Source: Camelus ferus (taxonomy: Eukaryota). Taken from it: a stretch of 64,000 bases of DNA. Shown here in pieces: positions 1 to 13,200 of this stretch; the first letter of the stretch is position 1; every line of letters begins with the position of its first letter. The notes below the pieces were generated by a model. It was not told the DNA's origin. It made no database searches and worked only from the letters and a program-made list of their open reading frames with translations. The DNA lies in assembly GCF_009834535.1 (NCBI RefSeq), contig NC_045707.1:62374001-62438000 (forward strand), written 5' to 3'. The translations under genes were made by a program, and so were the position numbers.

Positions 1-1235
1 AGGCACTCCCACCTTGTACCCTATGCTTCTGTCATGATACTGTCTGTATCTCAAGGAAAGCAGGGAAACCATGTAGGTGATCTCAGTAGTGAGTTCAAAA
101 GATTCTGAAGAAAACAGGCAAAATTTACAACCACTTACATAATCCAAGCTGAGAATGTCAACCTGTGCTACGTGGTACACAGAGCAACAGAATCAAAGGG
201 ATGTGTTTGGAATCATACCCTATGCGTTAGAGGGCAACCCAGTAACACCTATTAGAATTTTTTTTTTCTGAAAGTGTCAGTGCTGTGCATAATTTTTAAA
301 GGTTGAGTTTCATGGAAATACATATGGTCCTTTTACAAGAAACACTACTAAGGCATAGACTTTGAACACTTTTACAGGAACTACAGGAAGATGGTCTTCT
401 TGCAACAAGAAAGGCAAATGCAGAACCACAATGCCACTTTCCAGCAATTTACTAAAGACTCACAGAAATAAATATATATTCTTGTGGTTCTGTTTTCCTG
501 ACAGGAAAAAAGTGCCTGAATGCCACATCACAGCATCACCCTATAAAAGGGATATTAATCTCCACCCTCTGTTTCTGCACCTTCAAAAATTCTGTTAACA
601 AGAATATATTATGTAAGATTATAGCACCAAATATCTGACAACAATCAGCCTACCTATCAATCATGTGGTCTAAAAGATATCAGTTTCACTGATATTCTTC
701 TGAAACAGATTTTTTCAAAAGGTCATTTTGCCAATAATGTCATAAATGGAAATATTAATATAAGAGAAAAATCTCTACTGCACAATAACCATTAGAGTTG
801 AATAAACATTTAATTACATGCTTTAGCCTTTTCCTAGCAAAGCATTATGCAGTAGAAATACATTTGATAAAATATTCTAATCCTTCATTCTGTTTCCAGG
901 CAAGTGGTAACTGTTATCTTTCTACTGATCACAATAATAGGCCACAGCATACATTCCCACGCCACGTGATCTTAGCAATTACTTAGAACAGCAGCCCCTT
1001 CGGCTGAGTAGGTGAGATACAGCAGGATTTGGAGACAGTAGCCAATAAGCAGCAGGTTTATTGGATCTGCCAGCAGGCAGATTATTTGAAAACTTGAAAC
1101 TGCTGGGACTTTATTTTCTGAAGACTCGTGTTTTTTGTTGTTGATTTTGCTGTATCTTTTGTGGTAGTGAATTTCACATGAGCTCACACTATCAAGAAAT
1201 TCTGGCACCTAGATCAAAGGGAGTTAGTTACTCAC

Positions 1236-1271
1236 CAGGAGGACTCACTGGCAGGCGGCTTGCACTTAACA
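1236..1271 (-). other. Candidate 36-nt internal exon of an unidentified minus-strand transcript
   Basis: Minus strand reads gtctctgtttctccag|TGTTAAGTGCAAGCCGCCTGCCAGTGAGTCCTCCTG|gtgagtaa. It has a pyrimidine tract with CAG acceptor, a consensus GTGAGT donor, a length divisible by 3 and two open frames, and lies in non-repetitive sequence. Confidence 0.35.
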
Positions 1272-1544
1272 CTGGAGAAACAGAGACTGACGGTCGTAAT
1301 CCTGTGGCTTTAGAGAACCAGTCTTGGGAGCATATATTCAGTATTTGAATTTATATGCATTTATTTAATCAGAGTTGGCTGACTTAAGATAAAACATCTT
1401 CAAATACAACAAAGTGATAAATGAAGTAGATACTGAAGAATAATGGAGAAAAAGAATAATTAACCAAATCCTTCTTCTCACTTGTAAAATTTCTTAAGCA
1501 ACATTGAGTCTGGCTGAACAACTGCATTTTTCTAATTATGGTAG

Positions 1545-1655
1545 CCAGTGGCTACACATTATTGAGTGTCACGTGCATTACTTCGTAAGAATCTATCAAG
1601 GTAGTTACACTTTATTTTAGATATGGGAAACATGAATCTAAGTTAATTTAGAAGC
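1545..1655 (-). mobile_element. MIR SINE fragment
   Basis: Degenerate MIR core in reverse orientation: ttattgagtg...ttattttagatatgggaaacatgaatctaagttaa. Confidence 0.5.
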
Positions 1656-1699
1656 TATCCCATTATGAGTGTTTTTTATAACATTATAAAGTGGTTTTA

Positions 1700-2150
1700 T
1701 GAAATATAAAATTCAACTGTACTTGAATTAAACAGTAAGGAATGTGCTGGCTCTAAAACTGGAAAACCCAGAGGAAGAGTTTGACCTAGAAGGTTAACGT
1801 GATAATCAAAGACCCTATTTATTTCATTTCTTCATTATGCCATTCACAATTTTGTGTTGGTCCAAGGCTGTTGCTGCTGCAAACGTAAGATAGCTCCCAG
1901 CAACAAGAACACAGGTACACTGGCTTCCTGATCATGTCCACTGCTAACGACAGAGAACCTTGACACAGTCAGCAAAGAGACATTTTGAACTTCACACTAA
2001 CTGGAACTTAATAAACAGTTCTGTCAACCGATACTATGCACTAACTGTCAGGTCATCTCTAAATGTCTCTCTGGCACAGGGAATGGAACCTAAGAGCCTA
2101 CTTCTGGACAAGGACTCTAACCTGAAGTAGGAAAAATCCTGGTGTTTTTA
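1700..2150 (-). mobile_element. Old MaLR LTR (MLT1K/L-like) fragment
   Basis: ttaaacagtaaggaatgtgctggctctaaaactggaaaacccagagg resembles the reverse-oriented end of an old MLT1. Confidence 0.4.
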
Positions 2151-2234
2151 AGAAGTTCTTTAAATGCCAATGAGACTGAACATTGTGAGAAAAAAAACAA
2201 GAGCAGCAAACACTGATGCTGAACATAACTGACA

Positions 2235-2545
2235 CGAGCTAAATAATGTGAAGTCTAATAGGCCAAATGAAATATTTTAGGTTTTGCTCTAAATTTAGTG
2301 GGTAGGTATTCACAGACTGTACACAAAAAAGGCATATGATCTAAGTTAGGTTTCAAGAAGAGCAATCTGGTTTTTGTGTGGGAATATTATTTCTGGAGAA
2401 TATAAGCAGAAAGTCTTGCTTATACTAGTCATCTAAGAAAGAGATGGTGGTCCCTGGGACCAGAATTTAATCAGTGCAGAGGAGATCAGTATATTGACTT
2501 GAGCTATATTTTGTAGACAGAATCAACAGGACATGAAGATGCCTC
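2235..2545 (-). mobile_element. L2 LINE fragment
   Basis: Antisense L2 motifs: atatgatctaagttaggtttcaagaagagcaatctgg, gagatggtggt and gtagacagaatcaacaggac. Confidence 0.6.
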
Positions 2546-3205
2546 TGTATAAAACATTTTGAATATCATGTACTTTAACTAAAATACAATTAGGGATAGG
2601 GGTACATTAATAGGTACATTTCTATGTAATACTATGATGGGTTTTAAAGATTGTCTTAGATAAATAAAAATACCCTACGTATAACTTGTAGTTAGGAAAG
2701 AGGGATAATTCAGTGAAAAACTATCTTTAACATGGTTTAGTAAGAAATATAACTAATGAATAAAAAAATCTTAAATACAAGTGGAAATTAAGAGAAGTAA
2801 CAAGCTTAGTCCTAACTAGCCTGAGGGTTTGAGGGGAAAATACAAGAAAAACGAAAATAGCACATTATTTGTCTAGTTAGAAACAGTCCTATATTTCATG
2901 CTTACCATCAGTGCAGGTTTGTCAAAGATATACTTCAGCAGTATGGAACCTGGAAACCTAATATATCATCTAATTTTTCAACAAGGAATATAACCTTCAA
3001 ATCACTGTTCCACTTGATGGTCACAGTGCATTTGTATAAATAGACTTGTTTGGCCATGGATGTAAACACAAAGTCCAAAATTGCTTTTCATACATGTCAA
3101 GCTGACATTTGCTGAATACCAACTTAATGCCATGGTAGGTCTATTTCAGTCTCAATAAAAACACAATTTATTGCAAATCATCTTTCAACAAGTCACTGTT
3201 AGGCT

Positions 3206-4410
3206 TTCATTCAGTCATTCAACTAATAGTTATAAAACACTTGTGTGGGTCAACCACTAAGGATACAATAGTAACTTTAAGAAAAACAGACATATCCCTT
3301 GCCACATCAGTATCATAGTGTCCAGAAATCAATATACTATAAAGAAGAGATACAGAGTTATAAAAGTCTGTAGTAGATCGACTGACTTGTAAAAGCTATG
3401 TGAAAAATCTCCTCCAAAGTGATGATTTCATACAAAACAGAGGAATGAGATATACTTAGGGAAAGAGAGGAAAGCATAATCAGGCAGAGGGAATAGCATA
3501 TGCAAAATTAAGTGCTGAGAGAAGACATGGTGGATGGGAGGGGCTGAAATAAAGCCATCGTAGCTGCAGTTCGGGAGAGTGTAACGCAGATGAGTTTGGG
3601 GGGTTGGATGGATGCCAAAACATGAAGCGTGTTTAGACGTCGAGGTATGTTGCCTTCTCTCTGAGAACAAGAAGCCATTGAAAGGCTTTATGTATTGGAG
3701 TGATACCTTCTTATTTGAGCACATAAAAGATTGTCCAGAGTACAAAAAATATTGAAAGAGTAAATACTAAGTGTTGTCAGGTTAGAGAAGAAATGATAGT
3801 ACCTTGGATTAAGGGAGACAGAAGTGTTCAAGCTTGTGAGATTCTTAACAGGTTAAATCAATAGACTTTTCCAGGTTGCAATATCAGGAGTGAGGCAGAG
3901 GCAGATGTAACAGTTGATTGGTTCTTGGTTCTTCATTTCCATAACGTGATGGGTTATGCAGCCATGTGCAAAGAAAAACTGTGGTAAAGGACTAGGTGTG
4001 GGGCTAAAGATTATAAATTTACTTTTTGTCTTTATTGTGTAATAGGGTCTTTGAAATATCTAAGAATTTATTTAAATTAGGTAGTTAGATATACATATCT
4101 GGAGCTAAAAGGCAATTCTGATCACAGGTAAAATTTGTTTTTTGAGTTATCTACTTAAAAGTAATAATGGCAGCTGTATGCGTGAATGGAATTGCCTGGG
4201 AGTCAGTCTAGCTTGTGACAACCTGTGATCCAGGGACTAAGATTTGACAAATTGAATATTTGATTGTGGATTGGAAGGAATAAAACCTGGAGAATATTTA
4301 AAATAAAATCCAAAGAGTGTTTTGAGAAGGAGGGAGGGTCCAATAGTAATCTAAAGACCCCCCAACTCCCCCCAAAAAAGCCTATTGAATTTGGTGGCAT
4401 TAGAAATAAT
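3206..4410 (-). mobile_element. L2 LINE 3' portion
   Basis: Begins with the reverse L2 tail ttcattcagtcattcaac, followed by typical L2 motifs (caggcagagggaatagcatatgcaaa, gaagccattgaaaggcttta, gtagttagatatacatatctggagct). Confidence 0.8.
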
Positions 4411-4974
4411 AAGTGAAACGTTCATATGAACATTGATGTTAATCCTTCTGAAGTTGGGATTATTTAGGATAAAGAGAACCTTCTATACCAGGTAACAAAA
4501 TCTTCAAGGAGTAGAGGAAGCAAACTGGAACATCAGCAAATGACAGGGTTAAAGAGACGTGCAACACAACCACTTAATACCTCGAAGGATCTGCATTTTC
4601 TTTTTGTTTTGAGTAAGAATGAAGTACTAATGCAGAATAAGAATGCCAATCTCATTTCCTACCTATAGAGCACATGGATTGTTTAGAAAAAAAAAGTACA
4701 CAGGTATTAAGGAAAGCAAATAAAAAGAGTGATACAAAAGAAGACAAGGAAGGTTTATACATTATGACAGGGAAAGTACAGTAGGAAATTTGTTAATATT
4801 GACATAAATAGAAAGAAAGAATGCTTGAGAATTTAATCTCAGCAATTCTTTGAAAGGCAAGGACTCTATCTTGTTTTATTTGGCCAGAGTAATAAAGACC
4901 CCACTGTAGATTTAGTACTGAAATATAGTGGAGAATATCAACATACTTAGAGCATTACAATCCAGCATGAGGAA

Positions 4975-5012
4975 ACACACACACACACATATATAATTCT
5001 TTATATATATAT
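4975..5012. repeat. (AC)n/(AT)n microsatellite
   Basis: acacacacacacacatatata...tatatatatat is directly visible. Confidence 0.8.
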
Positions 5013-5560
5013 TCAGTTGCATTACCTATTAAACCACTATACTGGCTTGGTACCAAGTAGACAGAACATAATATATAGAATATCAGTTTGGTAAAGGAAG
5101 GGATCACTGAGTGATTGCTGGAGATGTCTTAATTTGGTTTTGTTTTAAAATTATCAAGTATATACTTTGTCTTAAAAGACAATGGAGGAGTGTAAAAAGA
5201 AGATATTAGATGACTGACATTCAGATTTAAATTTTTAGTAAAATCACCCTGGGGATAAAATGTCAGATGGATTGGAAGGTGACAACTCTGAAGATTAAAA
5301 TTCCAGTTAGAAGATAGTTGAATAGTCTATTCATTCCCTATCTTTATTGGATTCCCATTTTTGGATCTAGGGATCCAAATTAGGGATTCAAAGTTTCAGT
5401 AATGTATGATTCACTCCATTCAGTATATCACAGTTTCATGATAATTGGGGACAATGGTTGGGGGAGGACACTTATTGCAATAGAGAGTGACCCATGACTT
5501 AATTTAGCAACTTATCATGTGCTTTCTCAATGCACTGAGCTTTAAAAAAAACACTCATGT

Positions 5561-6082
5561 TGTGTAATACATTGAATTAGTGTTCCCAATCTTTGTTTCC
5601 TCCCCTGAAATAAGATTTTACAGCTTTACCTATTGTCATATGCTTCCTATGACTCACAGGAGGTAGGTAGAACATCTTCATCTCCACTGACTTTGGGCTG
5701 TCTCACATGTCATGCTTCAGCCAATAACAACTAGGAAGATGTGACAGTGGACCAGTTTCTGAGCTGAGAATTTAAAAAGTACTGTGGGTTTCCATTTCAT
5801 CTTCCTGATCACCTTCCCTCTTCCCTGGGAATAATATACTTCAGTCACTGTTCCTTCAGTTTAAGTCCTCAAATGAAAAAGTATGTGAATTAGACTTGAC
5901 TATGACCTGCAGCTCAGAGCCAGGCCCAACAGAGCTCAGCCAAGCCCACTCAAGCCCAGCAGAATTTGAGAGAGCCCAGGAGGACCCAGCAGAACTGTAG
6001 CTGAGAAACAGTTTGTGGGGGAAAACCTCCGCTTTGTGACTATTTGTTATGCATTATTGCTGCAGCAAAAACTGAATATTAC
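5561..6082 (+). mobile_element. MaLR solo LTR (MLT1G/H-like)
   Basis: TG start (tgtgtaatacattgaattagtgttcccaa), internal tgactttgggctgtctcacatgtcatgcttcagccaat, and 3' end tttgttatgcattattgctgcagcaaaaactgaatattaca. Confidence 0.75.
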
Positions 6083-6106
6083 ATCTTGGTTTGTACCTTT
6101 TGAAAT

Positions 6107-6180
6107 TATATACATGTATGTAATGTATATATATATATATATATGTGTATTTATGTAGATAGTTATGTACATATGTATAT
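6107..6180. repeat. TA/TATG low-complexity repeat
   Basis: (TA)n run with TATG variants is directly visible. Confidence 0.75.
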
Positions 6181-7984
6181 TGTGACACACTAGATTGCAG
6201 TGGTTTGTAAAAAGTGAGTGAATAAATACTCTTTAATTAACTACCAAAACATTTTTATGTACTTTTGATTTGTTTCTTTAATTTCTAAAATATTTTCCTA
6301 CAAATACAGATTTCCTTCCTCTTCCTTAATTTTTTTCAAAAACTCAGAACCATTAAATAAGTTTTTCTTCCACTGTAGGTCTCCATAGGTCTATTCTACG
6401 TTGACATTCTAAGCTGTGTAATTGAAACTGACTAAATAGACACTTCCATCGAGTGTAACTTTTCTAGAGTAAGGAAATCACAACGCCCATGCCCTTGACA
6501 AGGGTAGACTTTCCAAACCATAGGCAATGAAATAAAATAAACCACTCTGCCCCTGAATCAGTACATTATTGGCTCCTTAAATTACTGAATCACATTTAAT
6601 ACTTTTTTTTTGTTCCAGTGCATTAAATAGGAGACTGTTTTATACTCTTAAGTTTAGATAAGGAAACTAGTTAGCTCTGCTTTTATTTGAAATTATCAGT
6701 TCACTTTTACTGTAGTGTCCAACTCATGTGATGCATATTCATGGTATTCGTCTACTTGATCTTTTTCGTAATAGTGAGAAATTATTTCTGTTGCATTTGA
6801 TGGAGTCTAACCACGAGTCATTCATTTTTCTAACATAAGAGTGACTGGAATGGATTAAAGGAAAACTTCAGACTATAAGAAATGTTTCACAATTGCTTCT
6901 TTCTGACCTGAAGACATTGATATATGACTTCTTAGATGAAAGAAATTTCCTGTTCTCTCTACCCATGGACTTGATAGTTTTCTATTTGAAAATATGAGTG
7001 GTTAATGTTAGCCTTCTGTAGCTCTGACACCTTATTTGAGATTAGTGATGGTCAAAACTTGGGTACGTGTTCTCTAAACTTTCAATTGTCTAACTTTTCT
7101 AAAATCTTATAAACCTATTTCTCTTTCTTTCACCACCATCTGTGTCTTGACAAAGGAGAGTTAGGACTATCAATGTATTATAATAATCATAGGAAAAACC
7201 CATTGACAAAACTCCTAGGAAACTATGCCATGAATCAATTGGCAACATTATATTTTTTCACTTAAAACACAAAGACCTGTATTTACACCAATGTGAGGGT
7301 CACTATACCTTACATTTCTAATCCAGTGTGAAGGAAATGCTGAAGACAATGTGGGACAAAAATTTTAATAAGCAAGGCAATGATATACATTGTAAATGAT
7401 TTTCATACACTTGGACTTTAACAATCAGAATATTAGACTGCATTATGGTCATTTTCTAGAGTTAATATTGCATATAAACCAATTATGTCTGTGGTACTGA
7501 TCACCTTAGCTGATAACAGTGGATCTGCCCAGTAAGTGAATAATTTCTTTCTCCTTCAACACTCCACATTTTAATTTCTTGAATATGTACATTTCTTGGA
7601 AAAGAATGGCTTTCCTGGGTAGGGAAATCTGTATTTTTCTCAAGATAAACAAAACTATACTCTTCATTACAAGAACCAAAACAAGTTCTAAAAAAAAAAT
7701 CTAATTTATACTAGGAGAGAAATACCAGTTATTTAGGATGTTCTTAAACATTATCTATATTCAGATTACTATAACAAAACATTTAGGAATGTATAATGTA
7801 TATTTCTCTTCCAGTGTGGTTTCTGGTAAAAGAAAATCAATTAACTGTACTGTTCATAATATTTCTGAGTAATAATCTTTGAAACCCACTTAGATACAGA
7901 GTTGATACATGGACCTTACAGGAAAACAGTTTAAGACTGAAGACATATTTGATTGGTCTATTGTCTTGTTAGGTTGCAACACTT

Positions 7985-8750
7985 TATTAGTTAGGTTAAC
8001 TCTAGCTACTATGACAAGTAAACTAAAAACGGACAAGCTACAGAGAAGTCATTGAAGGTTGCTAGCACATCCACGCTTCATCCCATGGAAGGAGAGAATT
8101 TACTCTTACCCTAGAGAGTAAGTGCATCTCTGGGAGGGGAACTGGAAGGCTTTATCTTTACTATGCTGGAATATCTGTGGGAAGGCAAATCACTAATTCT
8201 CTCTGGAAGGATATATCTTCTAAGGCTGTTTTTTTCAAAGTCCCTAAAATATTTGGTAGGCTTATAATGAGTTTCCTGCTGGTCAATTTCTTTGGCCTGT
8301 AACCATGCCTATCATCCTGTCCTGTACTTAGTTTTCCATCCTGCTTTAGTTCTTTCACTTGTTCTGTCCTTGGCACTCCTTTACTAGTGGCCAACTTAAG
8401 CCATATAGGACAGCAGTATTTGGCAGGTAGCTAATTACCCACAGATTAATTTTGACTGACTCTCAATAGGCCCTTGTTTCAAAGTGTTTATCAGTCATAT
8501 TTCCTAATTTGTTTTGGGCCCAGAAACAGCTGTCATCACAACATTACATAGGTTCTCAATATCTCTTTTATTTCAGCTTTTTGATAGTTTAATTCTGCTT
8601 AAGCTAATCTTTTCCTGCAATGTCTTCCTATGAGGTGCCAAGAACAACTAACACATTGTAATAAATTAAGTCTGTTTAACTTTTGCCTGGAGCTACAGTC
8701 TATAAACTAAATACAAAAACCAGTAGGCAATGTCAGGTGATAAAGAATAT
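7985..8750 (-). mobile_element. Possible MLT1 LTR remnant plus MaLR internal sequence
   Basis: tattagttaggttaactctagctactatgacaa resembles a reversed MLT1 3' end. The downstream sequence is only weakly similar to MaLR internal sequence. Confidence 0.3.
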
Positions 8751-9796
8751 AGTTATAAGAATTGCCCCTGCTAGAGAATGTATAGCTTTGTAGACAATAA
8801 ATCTTAAAAATCTGTTTTGAAGTTCCTAAGTGGTAAAAATTACTTGTCTTTAAAAAATAAAAAGTTCAAGGCACACATGCCAGTGACAATGCCACTTTTT
8901 TTTTGACACTCTTGTACTCATATTGTATATGAAAGTCATCTTCAGTACGTGAAGTAATTAGATTGGTTGTTTCAAAGGTCTAATTTTAAAACTCTATAAT
9001 TCTCCTTGGAAATAATAGTTGCATATATGTCCTTAATGGTCATTGGTTGGGACCATGTTTAACAAAGTAAAAATGTAGAAATATTTGTAAGATTTGCTAA
9101 ATGGATAGATTTTTAACAATTACTCTATCTGGAAATAGCCACAAACTCTCTGAACTTGGGAATTAAAAAAAAATTTTGGCTGCCAGGCTGTGTGACAAGA
9201 GTAAGTGTCCATTACCCTTATAGACACTTAGAATATTAACAGAGAGGTAAGTAAATACTGTCTTGTTCTATTGCTTCCATGTGTGATTTATTAACAATTG
9301 AATTTAATACAAATACAAATAACTGACTGGATTACTAACAAAGTTGAAGTCAATGCTATATTTAATGTTTTTCCCTAGCAAAATTTTTAAAGTATTAATT
9401 TCATATATTTTTGTCTACATATTTTTACTTTAGCAAATGGAAGAAACAAATTCTTAAGACAAAATTTTATGAGAATAATGGAAATATCAATAAAGCAGCA
9501 ATTTAATAACTTACAAAATGACATTTCTAAACCAGGTATAAAGCCTGTACCAATGATACAATTACATATTACACCTTCATTCTGATTATAGAAATCAACC
9601 TTCCACTGAATTAAGAAATTACATCTAGTTTCGCTTTTTTCATCTATAAATGCATTTAATATAAAATCAAATCAAATTACAAAGATAGTTACACATATGA
9701 GAGGCTGGAATTGTTAGCAAAGTTGAAGGATGGGGTACGTGTTGCTCTCTACTTCATTTGCAGTTGTCCTTTTTTTGTGGTTATTATTATTTTAAA

Positions 9797-10012
9797 AAAT
9801 TTTTATTGAAGTGTAGTTGATTTAAAATGTTAGTTTCAGGTACACAGAAAAGTGTTTCAATTATACATATATATACATATATTTTCTGATTCTTTTCCAT
9901 ATATGTTATTACAAGAAACTGAATACATTTCCCTGTGCTATCCAGTAGGTCCTTGTTTTTTGTCTATTTTATATCTAGTGGGGAGGGATAAATCAGGGGT
10001 TGGGGATTTACA
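9797..10012 (-). mobile_element. Short artiodactyl-type L1 3' end with inverted 5' piece
   Basis: ttttattgaagtgtagttgattt...ccctgtgctatccagtaggtccttgtt is a reversed L1 3'UTR. The adjoining 9980-10012 (ggggagggataaatcaggggttggggatttaca) is the next-upstream L1 segment in the opposite orientation. Confidence 0.85.
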
Positions 10013-10234
10013 ATCGTGTTTTGAAGAAACAGAATTAGCCCAGCTATGAAAAGTAGAAGGGTTATAATATAAAATATTTCCGGTAAAAATATTTGTGCTA
10101 TTACACGGTAGGATATGCAGGGAATTTTAAGATGTTTGATTACTGTACAAAGACATGAGAGGCAGGCAGAGTTCTGAGGGTACCGAATGTCGTGCTAAAG
10201 AAACTGGGCACAGTCCTGTAAGGGAACACGTTTG

Positions 10235-13200
10235 AAGAGTAGAACACTTAAGATCTACTCTTAGTAAATGTCAAGTATAAAATACAGTATAAAATACAGT
10301 ATTATTAACTATAGTCACCAGGCTGTACATTAGATCCTCAGAACTTATCCGCCTCATACTAAAAGTTTGTACCCTTTGATTAACATCTGATTTCCCCTAC
10401 TTCTCAGTCCTTCACAACTGCCACTGAGTACGGTACGCTATTTCTGTAAGTTTGACTCTTAGATTCTACATACAAGTGAGCTCACACAATATTTGTCTTT
10501 CAGGGTCTGGCTTGCTGTACTTACAAAGTATCCTCCAGGCTCATCCACATTATCACAAAAGGCAGTATTGTATTCTTTTTCTATGGTTTAATAACATATA
10601 GATCCTATATAAATCCATGTATAAATCCATATATATTCCAAAAGTGTTTTTCACAGAAAAAAAAAAAAAGAATCCTTAAAGTCTGTATGTAATCACTTTT
10701 ACCTGAATGGTCAAAGTAATACTGAGAAAGAATAACAAAGCTGAAGGCATTCCACTTCCTGATTTAAATTATGGTACAAAGCAATAGTAATCAAAACAGT
10801 ATAGTACTGCTATAAACCAAGCACCGAGACCGGAAAACTGAACAGTGAGTAAACCCACACGTATAGGGTCTTTCTTGGATAGTGTATTGTTAGAGTATAA
10901 AAATGCAACTAATTTTTGTATTTTTATTTGTATCCTGTAACTTTACTGAATTTATTAGTTCTACCATTTTTTTTTTTTTTGAATCATTAGGGTTTTCTAC
11001 ATATAAGATCATGTCATCTGTAAATAAGAACAATTTTATTCCTTTTCTAGTTTGGATGCCTTTTCTTTTTCTTGCCTAAATGCTCTGGCTAGACTTTCAG
11101 TACTATGTTGAATAAAACTGGGGAGAATGGGCATTCTTGACTTGTTCCTGATATCAGATTAAAAGCTTCCAGTTTTTCACCTTTGAATATGATGTTGGCT
11201 ACAGGCTTGGAATGGATGGCTTTCATTATGTTGAAGTGCATTCCTGCTATACCTAATTTGGTGAGAATTTTTATCATAAATGGATGATGAATTTTGTCAA
11301 ATGCTTTCCGTGCATCTGTTGAAACAAACATGATTTTTTATCTTTCATTCTGTTAATGCTGCATATTATGTTTTATTTGTGTATGGTGAACCATCACAGG
11401 GATAAATCCTATTTGATTATGGTGTATGATCCTTTCACTGTGCTGTTGAATTTGATTTACTAGTATTTTGTTGAAGATTTTTGCATACATGTTTAACAGG
11501 GATACTGGCCAGTAATTTTCTTGCTTTGTCTTTATTTGAATTTATTATAAGGATAATGCTGGTCTTGTAAAATGAGTTTGGAAGTGTTTCCTCTTCTTCA
11601 ATTCTTTGGAAGAATTTGAGAAAGATTTGTGTTAATTCTTTAAATGTTTAGTAGAATTAACCAGTGAGGACATCTGGTTCTCGAGCTTTTCTTTCTGTTG
11701 GTGGATTTTTGATTACTGATTTAATTTATTTACTCAATATTGGTCTGTTCAAATTTTCTACTTCATGGTTCAGTCTTGGTAGATTGAATGTTTCTAAGAA
11801 TTTATCCATTTCTTTTAGGTTATCAGATTTGTTAGCATAAAATTGTTTACAGTAATCTCTTATAATCCTTTGCCTTTGTGTGGTATAAGTTGTAATGTTT
11901 CCTCTTCATTTCTATTAGAGACTTCTCTCTTTTTTTCTTGGTTAGTCTAGCTAAAATTTTGTCAATTTTGTTTTTATTTAAAAAAAAAACTAAGTATTAT
12001 TGGTTTTTCTATTATCTGTCTAATCTCTGTTTTATTTATTTCTGTACTTTTTTTTTTAATCATTTCCTTCTTTTTGCTAAGTCTGGGCTTAGCTCCTCCC
12101 CCCACCCCATTCCTTGAGGTATAAAATTAGGTTGTTTATTTGATTTTTCTTTTTTCATAATATAGGCAATTATAGCTATAAACTTCCCTCTTAGGACGGC
12201 TTGCTCTATCCTGTAAGTTTTGATATGTTTATTTCCACTTCTGGTTGTCTCAAGGTACTTGTTGATTTTCATTTGTTTTCTTTTCTGACCCCTTGGTTGT
12301 TCATGAATGTGTTGTGTAATTTCTGCATGTTTGTGAATTTTTGTTTTACTTCTGTCACTGTTTTCTAGTTTCATACCACTTACAGTAGGAAATGACACTT
12401 AACTTGTAGATATAATATTTGATTCTTCGTGATCTATGTAGCCTTGCATTGGTTTCTGTACATTTGAAGAAACAGTTGCCTTTTCCAGTCTTCACAGACT
12501 GGTTTCAGCAGGGAAAGACTTTCTCTTGTTGGTTACCTGGGCTGGTGGGATTACCTCGGCAATCACTGTTCATTTGGGGTGAGGCCAGATCATGTGGCTA
12601 TTGCTGGATATTTGGTGCACTGGGTTGGCAAGGTTGTTGCCAGCAGGTTGGGCAGGCATGGCTTCTGTCTGGTTCCTGGGCAGAACAAACTGTTTCTAGG
12701 TCCTTGGTCAGCAGGGCTAGTGCTGGGAAAAGAGTCTGCTCAGGGTCTGCATTTGATGGGCTTGTGACAAGGTATGCAGATGGATGTGGCTAGCACTTGG
12801 CTTTTGGGTAGGCTCTTGCTGGGCTACTGAAGGGGTCCCTCGGCAGGCCGGATTGCACCTGCCTGCGTTTGAGAGTGGCTAGAACCAAGTCACAGGGCTC
12901 CTTCAGGGTCTGCAGCTGGGACTGAATTCAGCAGACCTGCTTCTGGCAGCAAGAATGGGCATTCCTCCTACTAGGTCTCTGAGCAGGCAGGACTGCCCTC
13001 AGACCAGAGCCAAGAGGGGCTGGAGCTGAATCACAGGACTGCTTCAGGATCCTCAGGTTGACCAAGGGGTGGTGGGTAAACCCCTGGGGGCAAAAATGGG
13101 CACGTCTTTCACCGGGTTCCTAGCCAGGCAGGACCACTCCTGAATATAGCTGAGGTTCTGGAGCTGGGTCTTGGGCTCTTCAGAGTCCACAACTGAGACC

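Noticed and set aside
2906..3058. Minus-strand 40-codon ORF and possible 44-nt exon with GTAAGC donor
   Set aside because: There is no adequate polypyrimidine tract, and this is consistent with chance.
11089..12398. Reverse-transcriptase-like ORFs as a novel RT system
   Set aside because: These are ordinary frameshifted L1 ORF2 fragments within a dead LINE-1.
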